44,017 nucleotides of DNA from a virus (IMGVR_UViG_3300040985_001292:1-44017); one strand, 5' to 3'. Numbered from the stretch's first letter, positions 1-9,700 are shown. Notes: a model not told the origin generated them from the letters alone. Translations and numbers: made by a program.

Positions 1-34
1 TTATATATTTATATTAAGCGCTAGATGATACCAT

Positions 35-154
35 TCAATCTTTTCTAGGCCAACTACACATACAATTCTTCTTATTGGGACACTTCCATTTTGGGTTCCA
101 AAAAAATCCAAGGCCGCATATAAATTGCTTTAATATCACTTTCAAGCTCCTCAT
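35..154 (-). CDS. Small Cys/Trp-containing hypothetical peptide (39 aa, not in ORF track)
   Basis: Hand translation MRSLKVILKQFICGLGFFWNPKWKCPNKKNCMCSWPRKD; TCTAAATA late-type motif 5 nt upstream of ATG. Confidence 0.45.
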   Translation of the reverse strand: MRSLKVILKQFICGLGFFWNPKWKCPNKKNCMCSWPRKD

Positions 155-191
155 ATAATTATTTAGAGCAATGAGAACCGCAGTTGCGAGA

Positions 192-449
192 TTAAAAGAA
201 TATAATATTGGCAATATTAAAGGCTAATGATACCCCTAAAGCTCCGCCAAGTATTAATACAGCAATCATTGCAGGTGACAGTTTGACTACTTTTTCGTCA
301 CGGGTAGCTGACTTTGCTTTTAATTTAGGGACATACTTATAAAACTCATAGTCCTTTGTACGGTTGTTATATAGCATTGTTACGCCTCTCTTCTCGAATT
401 CGAGTATAGTCCAGGGACTATTATAGCGTGTTGTATGTTTAGTTATCAT
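192..449 (-). CDS. Hypothetical protein with C-terminal transmembrane helix
   Basis: 85-aa ORF with hydrophobic C-terminus MIAVLILGGALGVSLAF; TATAAT just upstream of start. Confidence 0.6.
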   Translation of the reverse strand: MITKHTTRYNSPWTILEFEKRGVTMLYNNRTKDYEFYKYVPKLKAKSATRDEKVVKLSPAMIAVLILGGALGVSLAFNIANIIFF

Positions 450-490
450 ATAATTATATATGATAAAATTGGCTGTATATCGGATACAGA

Positions 491-823
491 TCAGTAAGAA
501 GCTGAAGCAGTGAGGAGATTTCTTAGAGTATTTGCATCTTCGGCTGGATTTTCGCTACTCATCATAAACACATTTCCCAAATCATCCGAATCTGGTATTA
601 CTGTACCAGTATCGGTTTGATATACTTTATGCTGTACAAAATCGCGCTCATCTCCAACGTTGATAGTATAAGCTTCAATCCACGTGTCTCTGTCAGGTAC
701 ATCTTGAATAGGAACTGATACGAACTCGGTTTGAAGTACACCCTCAAATATATCCGGCGCAACTGTAATAACGTTTTGCTGGATGTAAGCTTCCCATATC
801 AATTCTTGATCGCGTGATTTCAC
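491..823 (-). CDS. Hypothetical virion/internal-head-type protein; start moved to GTG 823
   Basis: TATAAATA at 829-836 lies 5 nt before the GTG; the longer ORF-track start (865) is inside a terminator; N-terminus KSRDQELIWEAY resembles that of 30522..30947. Confidence 0.65.
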   Translation of the reverse strand: MKSRDQELIWEAYIQQNVITVAPDIFEGVLQTEFVSVPIQDVPDRDTWIEAYTINVGDERDFVQHKVYQTDTGTVIPDSDDLGNVFMMSSENPAEDANTLRNLLTASASY

Positions 824-828
824 GTAAG

Positions 829-836
829 TATTTATA
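829..836 (-). promoter_or_regulatory. T4-type late promoter TATAAATA
   Basis: Exact match to the T4 late consensus, just downstream of a terminator and 5 nt from a start codon. Confidence 0.7.
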
Positions 837-846
837 TTAATAAGAT

Positions 847-880
847 AAAAAAACCCGGTGAGCATATGAAGCCAACCGGG
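847..880 (-). terminator. Intrinsic terminator
   Basis: CCCGGT...ACCGGG stem followed by T7 on the minus strand, downstream of ORF 910..1074. Confidence 0.75.
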
Positions 881-909
881 AGGAATATATCACGAAGTGT
901 AATATTGAA

Positions 910-1074
910 TTATTTTACTTTGTCGAGAAGTAAAGAACCTCCAATTAATACAAGACCCCAGCCTAGCAGTTCGACTGATCCCATCCATCCGTGAAGATGG
1001 TTAAGACCGAGTCCAACAAGTAACCAAGGGAGTCTACCGTCGTGACTATTCAGGTGGTTGAGTAGTGTATTCAT
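910..1074 (-). CDS. Small membrane protein (54 aa, not in ORF track)
   Basis: MNTLLNHLNSHDGRLPWLLVGLGLNHLHGWMGSVELLGWGLVLIGGSLLLDKVK; AATAAATA 7 nt upstream; terminator downstream. Confidence 0.7.
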   Translation of the reverse strand: MNTLLNHLNSHDGRLPWLLVGLGLNHLHGWMGSVELLGWGLVLIGGSLLLDKVK

Positions 1075-1088
1075 ACGCTAATATTTAT

Positions 1089-1634
1089 TCAATAGAGCAC
1101 CAATTTACCGCGAATATCTTTAATTGGGAAATGCCCGTAAAGGGATTCTGATCGATTATCACCGATTATCCATACGTACCCACTCTTAATAACTGTAGGT
1201 GAAACATTATCAGGCGCAGTGTATTTAAATAAGATCCTCCCAGTTGATGTTTCTGTTCGAGTCTCAGTTGCCATCTTACCTGTACCGAATGTATCGTTCA
1301 GTCTCTCACCATTGATGAATATTTCACCTGCTCTGATTTCGATAGTCTCGCCTGGTAGCCCGATTACCCTTTTACATAGCTTACATTCATCTTCATATGA
1401 CCATATGGATATAACATCAAATCTGTCGGGTATCCAATCATCACCTAAAGACTTTATACGCTGTTCTAGTGACCATTGGCGATCACCGTACGTAGGAGCC
1501 ATGCTGCTACCGTCTATATAGACCAGCCTGTAGTGATACATAAACGGGTAACCGAATATAGTTAGAAGTGTTAATACTCTGAGCACACGACCGAGCCATG
1601 TACTTCCGAATAGGAGTCTAACCATCTTTGCCAC
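1089..1634 (-). CDS. lepB: Signal peptidase I (S26)
   Basis: N-terminal TM, GSSMAPT (catalytic Ser), KRVIGLPGE (catalytic Lys), IGDNRSES box. Confidence 0.92.
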   Translation of the reverse strand: MAKMVRLLFGSTWLGRVLRVLTLLTIFGYPFMYHYRLVYIDGSSMAPTYGDRQWSLEQRIKSLGDDWIPDRFDVISIWSYEDECKLCKRVIGLPGETIEIRAGEIFINGERLNDTFGTGKMATETRTETSTGRILFKYTAPDNVSPTVIKSGYVWIIGDNRSESLYGHFPIKDIRGKLVLY

Positions 1635-1643
1635 TACACTATT

Positions 1644-1671
1644 ATTATAGTATGTAATAGTAGAAACTCAA
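1644..1671 (-). promoter_or_regulatory. Sigma70-like promoter for the signal peptidase gene
   Basis: TTGAGT-16 nt-TATAAT, 9 nt before GTG. Confidence 0.55.
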
Positions 1672-1721
1672 GCATAAATCAGAAGATGTGGATGATTTAA
1701 CATCAGAGCATAAGTATTTTC

Positions 1722-2291
1722 ATGGAATGGCTGATATACGCGTTACTTTTCTTTGTAGCGGGCCCGGTCGTCGTTGAATTCGTGGGCTACTTCTGGCATC
1801 GATGGATAGAACATAAAGGCATGCTCGGTAAGGGTGTAGCTTTCCGTCACTATAAACATCATGAAGTTGAATATCCTGTTAATAGGCTCAGGACCAAGGA
1901 GTACAGAAACGCAAATAGTTGGTCGTGGTACGTAGTAGGGCTAGTAACTTCCTTCTTAGTATACACATTTGCACCATGGCAGTATGCATTATCATTCGGC
2001 GCTGGTGCGTGGATATATGCATGGGGTATTGTTCTCAATATGCACACAGCATTCCATGTTAAGGGTCATTTCTTATGGAAGTATAAATGGTTTAGAAAGC
2101 TAGTTAGACTTCATGATATACATCACTATGATAATATGAATTATGGTATATGTTTATTCTTTATGGATAGGCTCTTTAATACATACACAGAGGAATTCCC
2201 TAGAGATGGTGATGGTAACCTCATAAAGCATCCTATGTTCGTCTCGTATATGTACGATAAGGACGTATCAGGTCATGCAAGGAAAATTTAA
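1722..2291 (+). CDS. Fatty-acid hydroxylase/sterol desaturase superfamily protein (CrtZ-like)
   Basis: Membrane protein with His boxes HRWIEH, HYKHH, HTAFH, HDIHH and NYGI motif. Confidence 0.85.
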   Translation: MEWLIYALLFFVAGPVVVEFVGYFWHRWIEHKGMLGKGVAFRHYKHHEVEYPVNRLRTKEYRNANSWSWYVVGLVTSFLVYTFAPWQYALSFGAGAWIYAWGIVLNMHTAFHVKGHFLWKYKWFRKLVRLHDIHHYDNMNYGICLFFMDRLFNTYTEEFPRDGDGNLIKHPMFVSYMYDKDVSGHARKI

Positions 2292-2294
2292 CTT

Positions 2295-2474
2295 ATGAAG
2301 AACGCACTAATATTGTTAGCAATTGCGGCATGCTTAAACGTTGGTTGTGACTGGGCTGGAAAAAAGCCTGTTGTAAGCGGATGTGAGAGCTGTGGCAAGT
2401 GCGCTACAGGTTGTTGTTCGTCTGGTAAGTGTGATACAGCTGACTGTAATTGCGCCTGCAAGTCGGATAAATAA
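2295..2474 (+). CDS. Putative lipoprotein with Cys-rich metallothionein-like domain (59 aa, not in ORF track)
   Basis: MKNALILLAIAACLNVGC-DWAGKKPVVSGCESCGKCATGCCSSGKCDTADCNCACKSDK; fills the gap between neighbouring genes. Confidence 0.75.
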   Translation: MKNALILLAIAACLNVGCDWAGKKPVVSGCESCGKCATGCCSSGKCDTADCNCACKSDK

Positions 2475-2478
2475 CTCT

Positions 2479-2664
2479 GTGAGACTAAAACTACACGGTA
2501 TAGAGCTAGAAGTGAGAAAGAGTAATGACGGCTTCTGGGGCAACGATCGTGTGATTTTTTATACTGACCCTACTACGTATAAAACAGATATACTACAATA
2601 TCTATACAACGAAGATTTTATTACCGATCGCCGTACTCCGTACACTATCTTAGAGCTCAGCTAG
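2479..2664 (+). CDS. Hypothetical protein (61 aa); start moved to GTG 2479
   Basis: GATAAATA at 2466-2473 is 5 nt before the GTG; avoids overlap with 2295..2474. Confidence 0.6.
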   Translation: MRLKLHGIELEVRKSNDGFWGNDRVIFYTDPTTYKTDILQYLYNEDFITDRRTPYTILELS

Positions 2665-2846
2665 TCACCATACTTATAAAACCCTTCACGCTTCCTCCTA
2701 TTAACTTCTTGCTCTTGCCATTCCAATTCCTTTACCCATACTTCTCTCTCTTCTGGTGTTGAATGCGGAGGTATTGGTGAGATATATTGATTTACATACT
2801 CCTGATCATAAAGCTTTTTTACAAGCTTCTCACGATTAGTCTTCAC
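2661..2846 (-). CDS. Hypothetical protein
   Basis: 61-aa charged ORF with ACTAAATA 5 nt upstream of GTG. Confidence 0.65.
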   Translation of the reverse strand: MKTNREKLVKKLYDQEYVNQYISPIPPHSTPEEREVWVKELEWQEQEVNRRKREGFYKYGD

Positions 2847-2851
2847 ATAAC

Positions 2852-2871
2852 TATTTAGTCTGCAATAAATA
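2852..2871. promoter_or_regulatory. Divergent pair of late-type promoters
   Basis: ACTAAATA (minus, 2852-2859) and AATAAATA (plus, 2864-2871) between divergent genes. Confidence 0.6.
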
Positions 2872-2880
2872 CTTGTAGTA

Positions 2881-3660
2881 ATGGCTGATAATGTAAGATA
2901 CCATAGTAAGTCCCATGCCCGTGCACATCACACTACGGCCACTCCTGGTTATTATGATAGCGGTCTAGACCCCATAGCTAGTAGTAGTACCCCGTTTTTA
3001 GGTGATTTCTATTTGTCTGGTGGCCTATACTCCTACTCACAATATCTGACTAGTACGGATGGTGGACAGACATTTACAGATATTGCGGGTTATTTTGTCG
3101 ATCCTAGTAGGCCTGTTCTTTGGGACGCGGCATATACTACTGTTAGTTCTCTGAGCTCCCGTTGGGACTCGAACGTGGCGATCAAACATCACACTCTTAT
3201 TGGTAAAGCATCTGCGAGTGATTACGAACTACAATTCCCGGTCCAAGAAGCAAATAATATATTGGTATCAATTGAAGGTGTTATCCAGACACCGACGGTA
3301 CATTACACTGTATCTGCTGATTCTAGTAGAAACGATTACGCGGACATTAAATTCGCTACGCCGCCGTCTAACAATGAGGATATAAGTGTCACTCATCTGG
3401 CTCTCTCGAGTGTACCAGCTGGTCTATGGACTACCGATAGTACACATATTTATCGCGAGACTGGCAACGTCGGTATCGGGACGACTGATCCAGTAGAGGC
3501 CTTAACTGTTGCAGGTAACTTAAGTGGTAACGGTGTTGCATATATTCATAATAGCTCTGCTCCTTCGACACCTACTGATGGTGGCGTACTTTACGTTGAA
3601 TCTGGAGCACTAAAGTATAAGGGAAGTAGTGGTACAGTAACTACTCTAGGAAACGCTTAA
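2881..3660 (+). CDS. Virion structural/tail-fibre-associated protein
   Basis: S/T/G-rich; VSIEGVIQTPxxxYTV and GNVGIGTTDP motifs typical of phage fibre/baseplate proteins. Confidence 0.65.
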   Translation: MADNVRYHSKSHARAHHTTATPGYYDSGLDPIASSSTPFLGDFYLSGGLYSYSQYLTSTDGGQTFTDIAGYFVDPSRPVLWDAAYTTVSSLSSRWDSNVAIKHHTLIGKASASDYELQFPVQEANNILVSIEGVIQTPTVHYTVSADSSRNDYADIKFATPPSNNEDISVTHLALSSVPAGLWTTDSTHIYRETGNVGIGTTDPVEALTVAGNLSGNGVAYIHNSSAPSTPTDGGVLYVESGALKYKGSSGTVTTLGNA

Positions 3661-3686
3661 TATATGAGTGACTGGCCGAATAAATA

Positions 3687-3980
3687 TTGATGATGGAATC
3701 ACAAGACTTACTCAATGTAGCGTTCGGAGCCATATCAGTACTCGCCGGTTGGGTATTTAAGATGGTATGGGGAAGAGTTAAAGATATAGAGGATGATGTA
3801 GAAGATCTCCAAAAGCATCACGAAAACGATCTCAAACAAGTAAGAAGAGAGATGTCTGAGCTCGCTCTATCATTACCAGAAAAATATGTAGCTAAGCAAG
3901 ACTTAAATAAGCTGGAAGAATTTATCAACGAGAGATTTAACAAGCTAGAAGTAAAGCTTGACCAAATTAATAAAAGTTGA
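3687..3980 (+). CDS. Membrane-anchored coiled-coil protein (possible holin/XhlA-like); true start probably 3693
   Basis: One N-terminal TM then charged heptads; AATAAATA at 3679-3686. Confidence 0.55.
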   Translation: MMMESQDLLNVAFGAISVLAGWVFKMVWGRVKDIEDDVEDLQKHHENDLKQVRREMSELALSLPEKYVAKQDLNKLEEFINERFNKLEVKLDQINKS

Positions 3981-4005
3981 CTTTCATTGTAATGTAAGCT
4001 ATAAT
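3977..4005 (+). promoter_or_regulatory. Sigma70-like early promoter
   Basis: TTGACT-17 nt-TATAAT, 7 nt before GTG 4013. Confidence 0.8.
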
Positions 4006-4012
4006 TAGTGTT

Positions 4013-4684
4013 GTGTTACGCGACTTCGACAAATATACATACCCGAAGCTAACTCGGGATGAAACAACAGGCATTCGTCTTTATAAGACTCCCGAAGGTG
4101 ACCTGGTACCATCAGTTACTACCATTCTTAGCAAGACTAAGGATATGTCAGGTTTACGAAATTGGGAAAATAGGATAGGCAAAAAGGAGGCTGAGCGGGT
4201 ACGCAACGAAGCAGCTGCTGTTGGTACATCGATGCATTTAACACTTGAGTGTTATGTTGAAGATAAGAAGCGAGAATTTGACTTTAGCCCGGTTCATTCA
4301 CAAGCTAGTCCTATGGCAGATGTCGTTATCAGAGACGGTCTACAGTTCGTATCTGAAGTATGGGGTAGTGAGGTACAATTATACTATAAAGATCAATATG
4401 CAGGTACAACAGACTTAGTGGGCATGTACAAGGGGGTTCCACATATCATTGATTTTAAACAGACCAATAAACCTAAACAGGAGAAGTGGATACAGGATTA
4501 CTACTTACAATTAGCAGCGTATATTCACGCGCATAATTATACTGTAGGTACAGACATCAAACACGGAGTTGTACTTATGTGTTCAAGGGATCTTCAACTC
4601 CAGAAGTTCGAATTGGATGAAATAAAATTTGACAAATATTCATATATGTGGTTCAACCGCTTAAGAGAATATACAAGCTGTTAG
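4013..4684 (+). CDS. PD-(D/E)XK exonuclease of T4-like phages
   Basis: PSVTTIL, GTSMH, E...AGTTDL...IIDFKQ, YYLQLAAY motifs. Confidence 0.88.
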   Translation: MLRDFDKYTYPKLTRDETTGIRLYKTPEGDLVPSVTTILSKTKDMSGLRNWENRIGKKEAERVRNEAAAVGTSMHLTLECYVEDKKREFDFSPVHSQASPMADVVIRDGLQFVSEVWGSEVQLYYKDQYAGTTDLVGMYKGVPHIIDFKQTNKPKQEKWIQDYYLQLAAYIHAHNYTVGTDIKHGVVLMCSRDLQLQKFELDEIKFDKYSYMWFNRLREYTSC

Positions 4685-4726
4685 TGGCCATACTACAATT
4701 ACTATTAAATAATTGTAAATCGCCGC

Positions 4727-4930
4727 ATGAAAGGTAAAAAAATAATTCATTTAGACGACGTTGTGGAAAATAAAGACTTAAAGGAGAGTATTGTTGAGCA
4801 ACAGATTACGTCTGACTTTGTTCTTGAATTGTACGAGAAGTCTAAAAAGCTTCGCGGAAAGAAGAAGAAGGAATGTCTGGCGGCAGCTGAGCTATTAAGC
4901 AAGCATGTAGGTAAGTGGTTAGTAAAATAA
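4727..4930 (+). CDS. Hypothetical basic protein
   Basis: 67-aa ORF, co-oriented with neighbours, ATTAAATA upstream. Confidence 0.6.
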   Translation: MKGKKIIHLDDVVENKDLKESIVEQQITSDFVLELYEKSKKLRGKKKKECLAAAELLSKHVGKWLVK

Positions 4931-4932
4931 CC

Positions 4933-4961
4933 TTGCACTTTACATCACAACTTCATATAAT
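4933..4961 (+). promoter_or_regulatory. Sigma70-like promoter
   Basis: TTGCAC-17 nt-TATAAT, 5 nt before ATG 4967. Confidence 0.65.
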
Positions 4962-4966
4962 TTGAT

Positions 4967-5431
4967 ATGAATAAAACATTTATATCTTGGGATGAACTTC
5001 ATAGAGACTGTGACATTACTGCAGCTAAATTGTTTTCCACTCAAAAGTCGTTTGATTGTATGATTTCACTTTCCCGTGGTGGTGTCGTACCTGGGAGAAT
5101 AATGGCAGAGTCACTCAAGCCAACGGTATTTCTAACATTAGGCTTAAAGTTATTTGACGGTCATACTAGAGGTGACCAGGTTGTAATTACTCAGGATATT
5201 GATGAATATGACGAGTTTGATAGACATGATAATATATTAATAGTAGACGATATCAGTGACGGAGGCACAACTCTTAAGTTCGCATACTCACATATCTTTC
5301 GAAAAACAGGCGGGGCTCATCTATTTACTGCTTGTCCTTATATAAAAACGAGTACTAAATTCCGACCGACATGCTATTCGCGTGAATTTTCGGACGATGA
5401 ATGGGTAGTCTTTCCCTTCGAGCGGGACTAA
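4967..5431 (+). CDS. Type I phosphoribosyltransferase (xanthine/guanine PRTase-like)
   Basis: SRGG loop, PRPP motif ILIVDDISDGGTT, C-terminal WVVFPFE. Confidence 0.88.
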   Translation: MNKTFISWDELHRDCDITAAKLFSTQKSFDCMISLSRGGVVPGRIMAESLKPTVFLTLGLKLFDGHTRGDQVVITQDIDEYDEFDRHDNILIVDDISDGGTTLKFAYSHIFRKTGGAHLFTACPYIKTSTKFRPTCYSREFSDDEWVVFPFERD

Positions 5432-5439
5432 ATAGTTAT

Positions 5440-5760
5440 GTGAAGAGTTTGACTACAGGTCCGGGTATACATATTATACTGGTATTCATATTTCTTAGTA
5501 TAGGTACTACTGCAGTATATAGATATGTAACACATACATCATCTAAGTTAAAACATAACGTTGAGTTGATTGATATGATGAACTTTAATCAACAAATAAT
5601 AGAAGAAAATCACAGACTGCATGATTTGAATAGAAAGCAAGGAATTCAAATACAACAAATGGATATGTTCATACAGCAAATGTATAGAAGATTGCAGCAA
5701 CATGAACCGTTACCTGACTTAGAAGGTGATAAAGATAGACCAAAACGATCAGAAGCATGA
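5440..5760 (+). CDS. Membrane-anchored coiled-coil hypothetical protein; start moved to GTG 5440
   Basis: ACTAAATA at 5427-5434 is 5 nt before the GTG; one TM plus Gln-rich helix. Confidence 0.6.
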   Translation: MKSLTTGPGIHIILVFIFLSIGTTAVYRYVTHTSSKLKHNVELIDMMNFNQQIIEENHRLHDLNRKQGIQIQQMDMFIQQMYRRLQQHEPLPDLEGDKDRPKRSEA

Positions 5761-6662
5761 ACAAATTTGACACATTATTTACCGAAGTATATAACTCTCA
5801 TAAGCCAGACTCTAGTATACTAAAAGAAGGTCGCGTAGTAGACAATATCAAAAAATGGGCCGCTATCACTGCAGTATCTGTTCCAGCTCTACTTGGAATG
5901 TACAAGATGGGTGACGCAGTTCTAGGTGAACAAGATCCTTACGAGTTAACTGATGAGAAAATGGATCAGATAATCCTGCGTGTTAAGGACCTAGGTGGCA
6001 ATAAGGCTAACTATCCAACTAATAATCCAACGTTGGATCCGAGAACCCTGGACACCTCTCCTGTAGGTCCACCGCCAGCAGTTTTGAATCCATCAACTCG
6101 CCCTCTTAATCCTGGTCATAAACCTGAGATAAAGCCTGTAGTACAACCTGAATCTGTAGTTAAAGATCCACAAGGTAATACCATACCGGCTGCATTAGTT
6201 ACAGCGGCTAGCAACGTTGCTAAGAACAATAAGTGGAATGTGAAGTATCTATTAGCAGTAATAGGATTTGAGACCGGAGGTTCATATAGTCCAGGTCAAA
6301 AGCACAGCGGAGGCGGATCAGCTACAGGATTAATTCAATTTATGCCAACAACAGCTGTTGAACTGGGTACAACTACTGACAAGCTCGCTAAGATGAATCA
6401 TGCTCAACAAATGGTATATGTTGAGAAGTATCTGAAGGTTAAATTAGATGGAGTTGTAAATCCTAATTTAAGTGACATGTACATGGCAGTATTATGGCCA
6501 TCGGCTGTTGGCAAGAAAGACGCCACTGTAATATGGGGTAACAGTGAGAAGTCCAAATATAGAAGGCAGTATAAAGCCAATAAAGGCTTAGATGTCAATA
6601 AAAACGGCTATATTACTAAAGCAGAGGCGGCCGCAAAGGTTAAGCCTTACCTCATAAAGTAA
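5757..6662 (+). CDS. Lysozyme-like/lytic transglycosylase protein with TM segment and Pro-rich linker
   Basis: C-terminal domain with FETG catalytic Glu, SATGLIQFMP, YMAVLWP, NKGLDVNKNG. Confidence 0.8.
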   Translation: MNKFDTLFTEVYNSHKPDSSILKEGRVVDNIKKWAAITAVSVPALLGMYKMGDAVLGEQDPYELTDEKMDQIILRVKDLGGNKANYPTNNPTLDPRTLDTSPVGPPPAVLNPSTRPLNPGHKPEIKPVVQPESVVKDPQGNTIPAALVTAASNVAKNNKWNVKYLLAVIGFETGGSYSPGQKHSGGGSATGLIQFMPTTAVELGTTTDKLAKMNHAQQMVYVEKYLKVKLDGVVNPNLSDMYMAVLWPSAVGKKDATVIWGNSEKSKYRRQYKANKGLDVNKNGYITKAEAAAKVKPYLIK

Positions 6663-6761
6663 ACATTTCTACTATTGTTAGTATTTCAATAGTATTCTCA
6701 GCACGCAGCTGAATAAATATTTGTGTAATCCACATCTGTCATGAGTGGAAAGTGAAACTCT

Positions 6762-9700
6762 ATGGCTACTAAGAAGACACCATTTGTAGTAAAAAACGGG
6801 CTCGAAATTGCTTCCGGGCAGCCTGTTAATATGTCTTCTAGTACCCTGTCCGTTAGCGCTGTTAGCGGGTCTCCTGTGTTTTACCCTTCAGGTAGCTTGA
6901 CCTATGGTGCTAGCGGTCACTTTGAAGGATCTCTGACAGGTACTGCGTATCTTACTAACGCAACAATCCTAAATTTCAAAGCTGCAAGTGCTGGTACTAC
7001 CTTCCAGACCGGTGCGGATGGATACGGTCTAAGTGGTACATTGCATGGTGGATTCTCTGGACTGGCTCATTTAACTAACGGATCAACAGCATATACGAAA
7101 GACCCTTCTGACGTCAGTACAGCCATCGCTACTACGGAATTTGTTTCAGATGTTATCACTGGTACTGGTCAGTTAACTCCTGCTCTGTGTGCAAGATGGG
7201 ATGATGCAGTAGATGATATAACTGCTATATCTAACGCTAGCGGTAATTGGGATACAACGTACACAAGAGTAGCTAGTGCTCATAATAGCTGGGATATTGC
7301 TGCTGCAGATGTTACTATTATAGCTGGTGCTAGTGCTGATTGGAATAGTGTATATAGTACCGTTAGTGTTACTAGTGCTAATTGGTCGACCACTTACGCT
7401 GATGTCACTCGTCAGATAGACGAATGGAATTCAACTTGGAACACCTTAACTGCGACTAGTGCGTTTTGGGAGTTAAATGCTGCTGATATTACCAACTTGG
7501 CCAATGCTAGTGCCGGTTGGGATTCTACAAAGACAGTAGTAGATAATAATAATGCTAAATGGTCGTATGTAGCTGACAATAGCGCAAACGCAGGAAGTGC
7601 CAATTCTACATACACAACTGTAAATGCCAACAGTGCGAGTTGGACTGCAAATTCCGCAGATGGTCACACTTTAACTCAAGATATTTCTGGCGAGTGGGAC
7701 TCAGCATACACTGACCTTAATGCTAATAGTGCTAACTGGGATACAACGTATACAAGGGTAGCTAGCGCTCATAATAGCTGGGACAAAGCAAATACAACAC
7801 TTAATGCAAATAGCGGTGGTTGGGATTCAACTAAGAGTACTGTCGATGCTGGTAGTACGAATTGGGATGCAGCTTACACTGATTCTCAGCTGAACAAAAT
7901 TGACATCACTAATGTAGCTAATGCTAGTGGTGATTGGGGTAGTACACATACGACAGTTAATGTTAACAGCGCGCAGTGGGCGCTTAATGCTGGTGATGTA
8001 ACAAATTTAGCAAATGCGAGTGCTGATTGGAACAATACACATACAACGCTAGGTGCTTATAGTGCTATATGGGGCGCCGGGGCAAGTAAATGGATAGAGG
8101 GTTCAGGTAAGATCTACAGACTACCTGGTAACGTCGGTATAGGTACAGATGAGCCAAATTATAAACTTGACATAGTAGGTAATACCCAAACAGTAGGTGA
8201 TGTTAGAATTATTGGTGACCTTACGGTATCGGGCGGCTCGAGTATATTTAAGATCACCGACAAATCGTTGACTATTAACTATGGTGCCACTGTTAAGTCT
8301 GGTGCTGGTGCTGGTATTGATGTAGAGGAAAACGGTGTAACAACAGCATATGTTAGAGTATCAGATGACCGTAAGGGGTGGACGCTAAAAGAACCGAACA
8401 GTGGTAATACATTGACTATCGATATTAGTTCTAACAGAGTTCTTAGCGTTAGTGGTGACATGAACATTGAGCCTGGTCTCACCAAAGTTAACCAGGACTT
8501 AACAACCGACGCAGATACGGTACAATTTACTAGTTTAGGTTTAGGTGCAGCTCCAACTCCAAGCATGGCGCTAACTGTCGCAGGAGCGATTAGTGCGACG
8601 AACGTTATACATACATCGTCTGGTAATAGTGATGATTGGCAATCGACATACACAACACTGTGTACAACTAGTGCAGGTTGGAATACAGGTACAACGAGCC
8701 TAGTAACAGTTGGTACAATCGGTACAGGTACTTGGCAAGGTACGGCGATTGCTGATGGTTATATCTCTTCTGCCAGTACTTGGAATGCTGCAGACGCTGA
8801 ATTTAGAGCTGATATAACAAACGTAGCTAATACGTCTGCTAATTGGGATAATGTATATTCTGATTTCAAAGTTAATAGTGGTGGATGGATTACAGGCACT
8901 TCTAGTATTGTTACAGTTGGTACAATCGGTACAGGTACATGGAACGGAAGTGCGATTGCTGATGGTTATATCTCTTCTGCTAGTACCTGGAATGCTGGTA
9001 TAGCTGACATAACGACTCTCGCTAATAACTCAGCTCACTGGGAATCAACGTATACAACGCTGTGCACTGTCAGTGCAGGTTGGGTTACTGGTACAACGAG
9101 CTTAGTAACGGTTGGTACAATTGGTACAGGTACGTGGAACGGAAGTGCAATTGCTGATGGTTATATCTCTTCTGCTAGTACTTGGAATGCTAAACAGAAT
9201 GCTCTGACGTTTGGTATAGCAGATACAAATGCTGTCAAGATTGATGAGGGTAGTGTCGCGGAGGATGATTATGCTAAATTTACTGCGGACGGGCTAGAAG
9301 GTAGATCCCCTACACAGGTCAAGTCAGATTTAAGTTTAAACAATGTTGAGAATACAGCACTAACTACATGGGCAGGATCGACAAACATCACGACACTGGG
9401 CACGATCGGTACAGGTACATGGCAAGGTACAGCTATTGTTGATTCCTACATAGATTCTGCTAGTATATGGAATGCGACGGTCGCGGACATAACCAATGTA
9501 GCTAATACGAGTGCCTTGTGGGACTCAGTATATACATCATATCATAGTAATAGTAGTACAGGTTCAACCAATAATATCCCGTTATTCACATCACCGGAAA
9601 AAATTGGCAATTCAATAATTACACAAGCAGATGATGCTGATGGTGGACCGACTATAACGGTCGCTGGTAGTGCCGTTATACAAGGTGATCTAACAGTTCA

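Noticed and set aside
2334-2543. Track ORF on minus strand and long start of 2383..2664
   Set aside because: Better explained by the plus-strand lipoprotein 2295..2474 and a GTG start at 2479
4013-4684. Cas4/CRISPR-associated nuclease
   Set aside because: No Fe-S cysteine set or CRISPR context; matches the common phage exonuclease type
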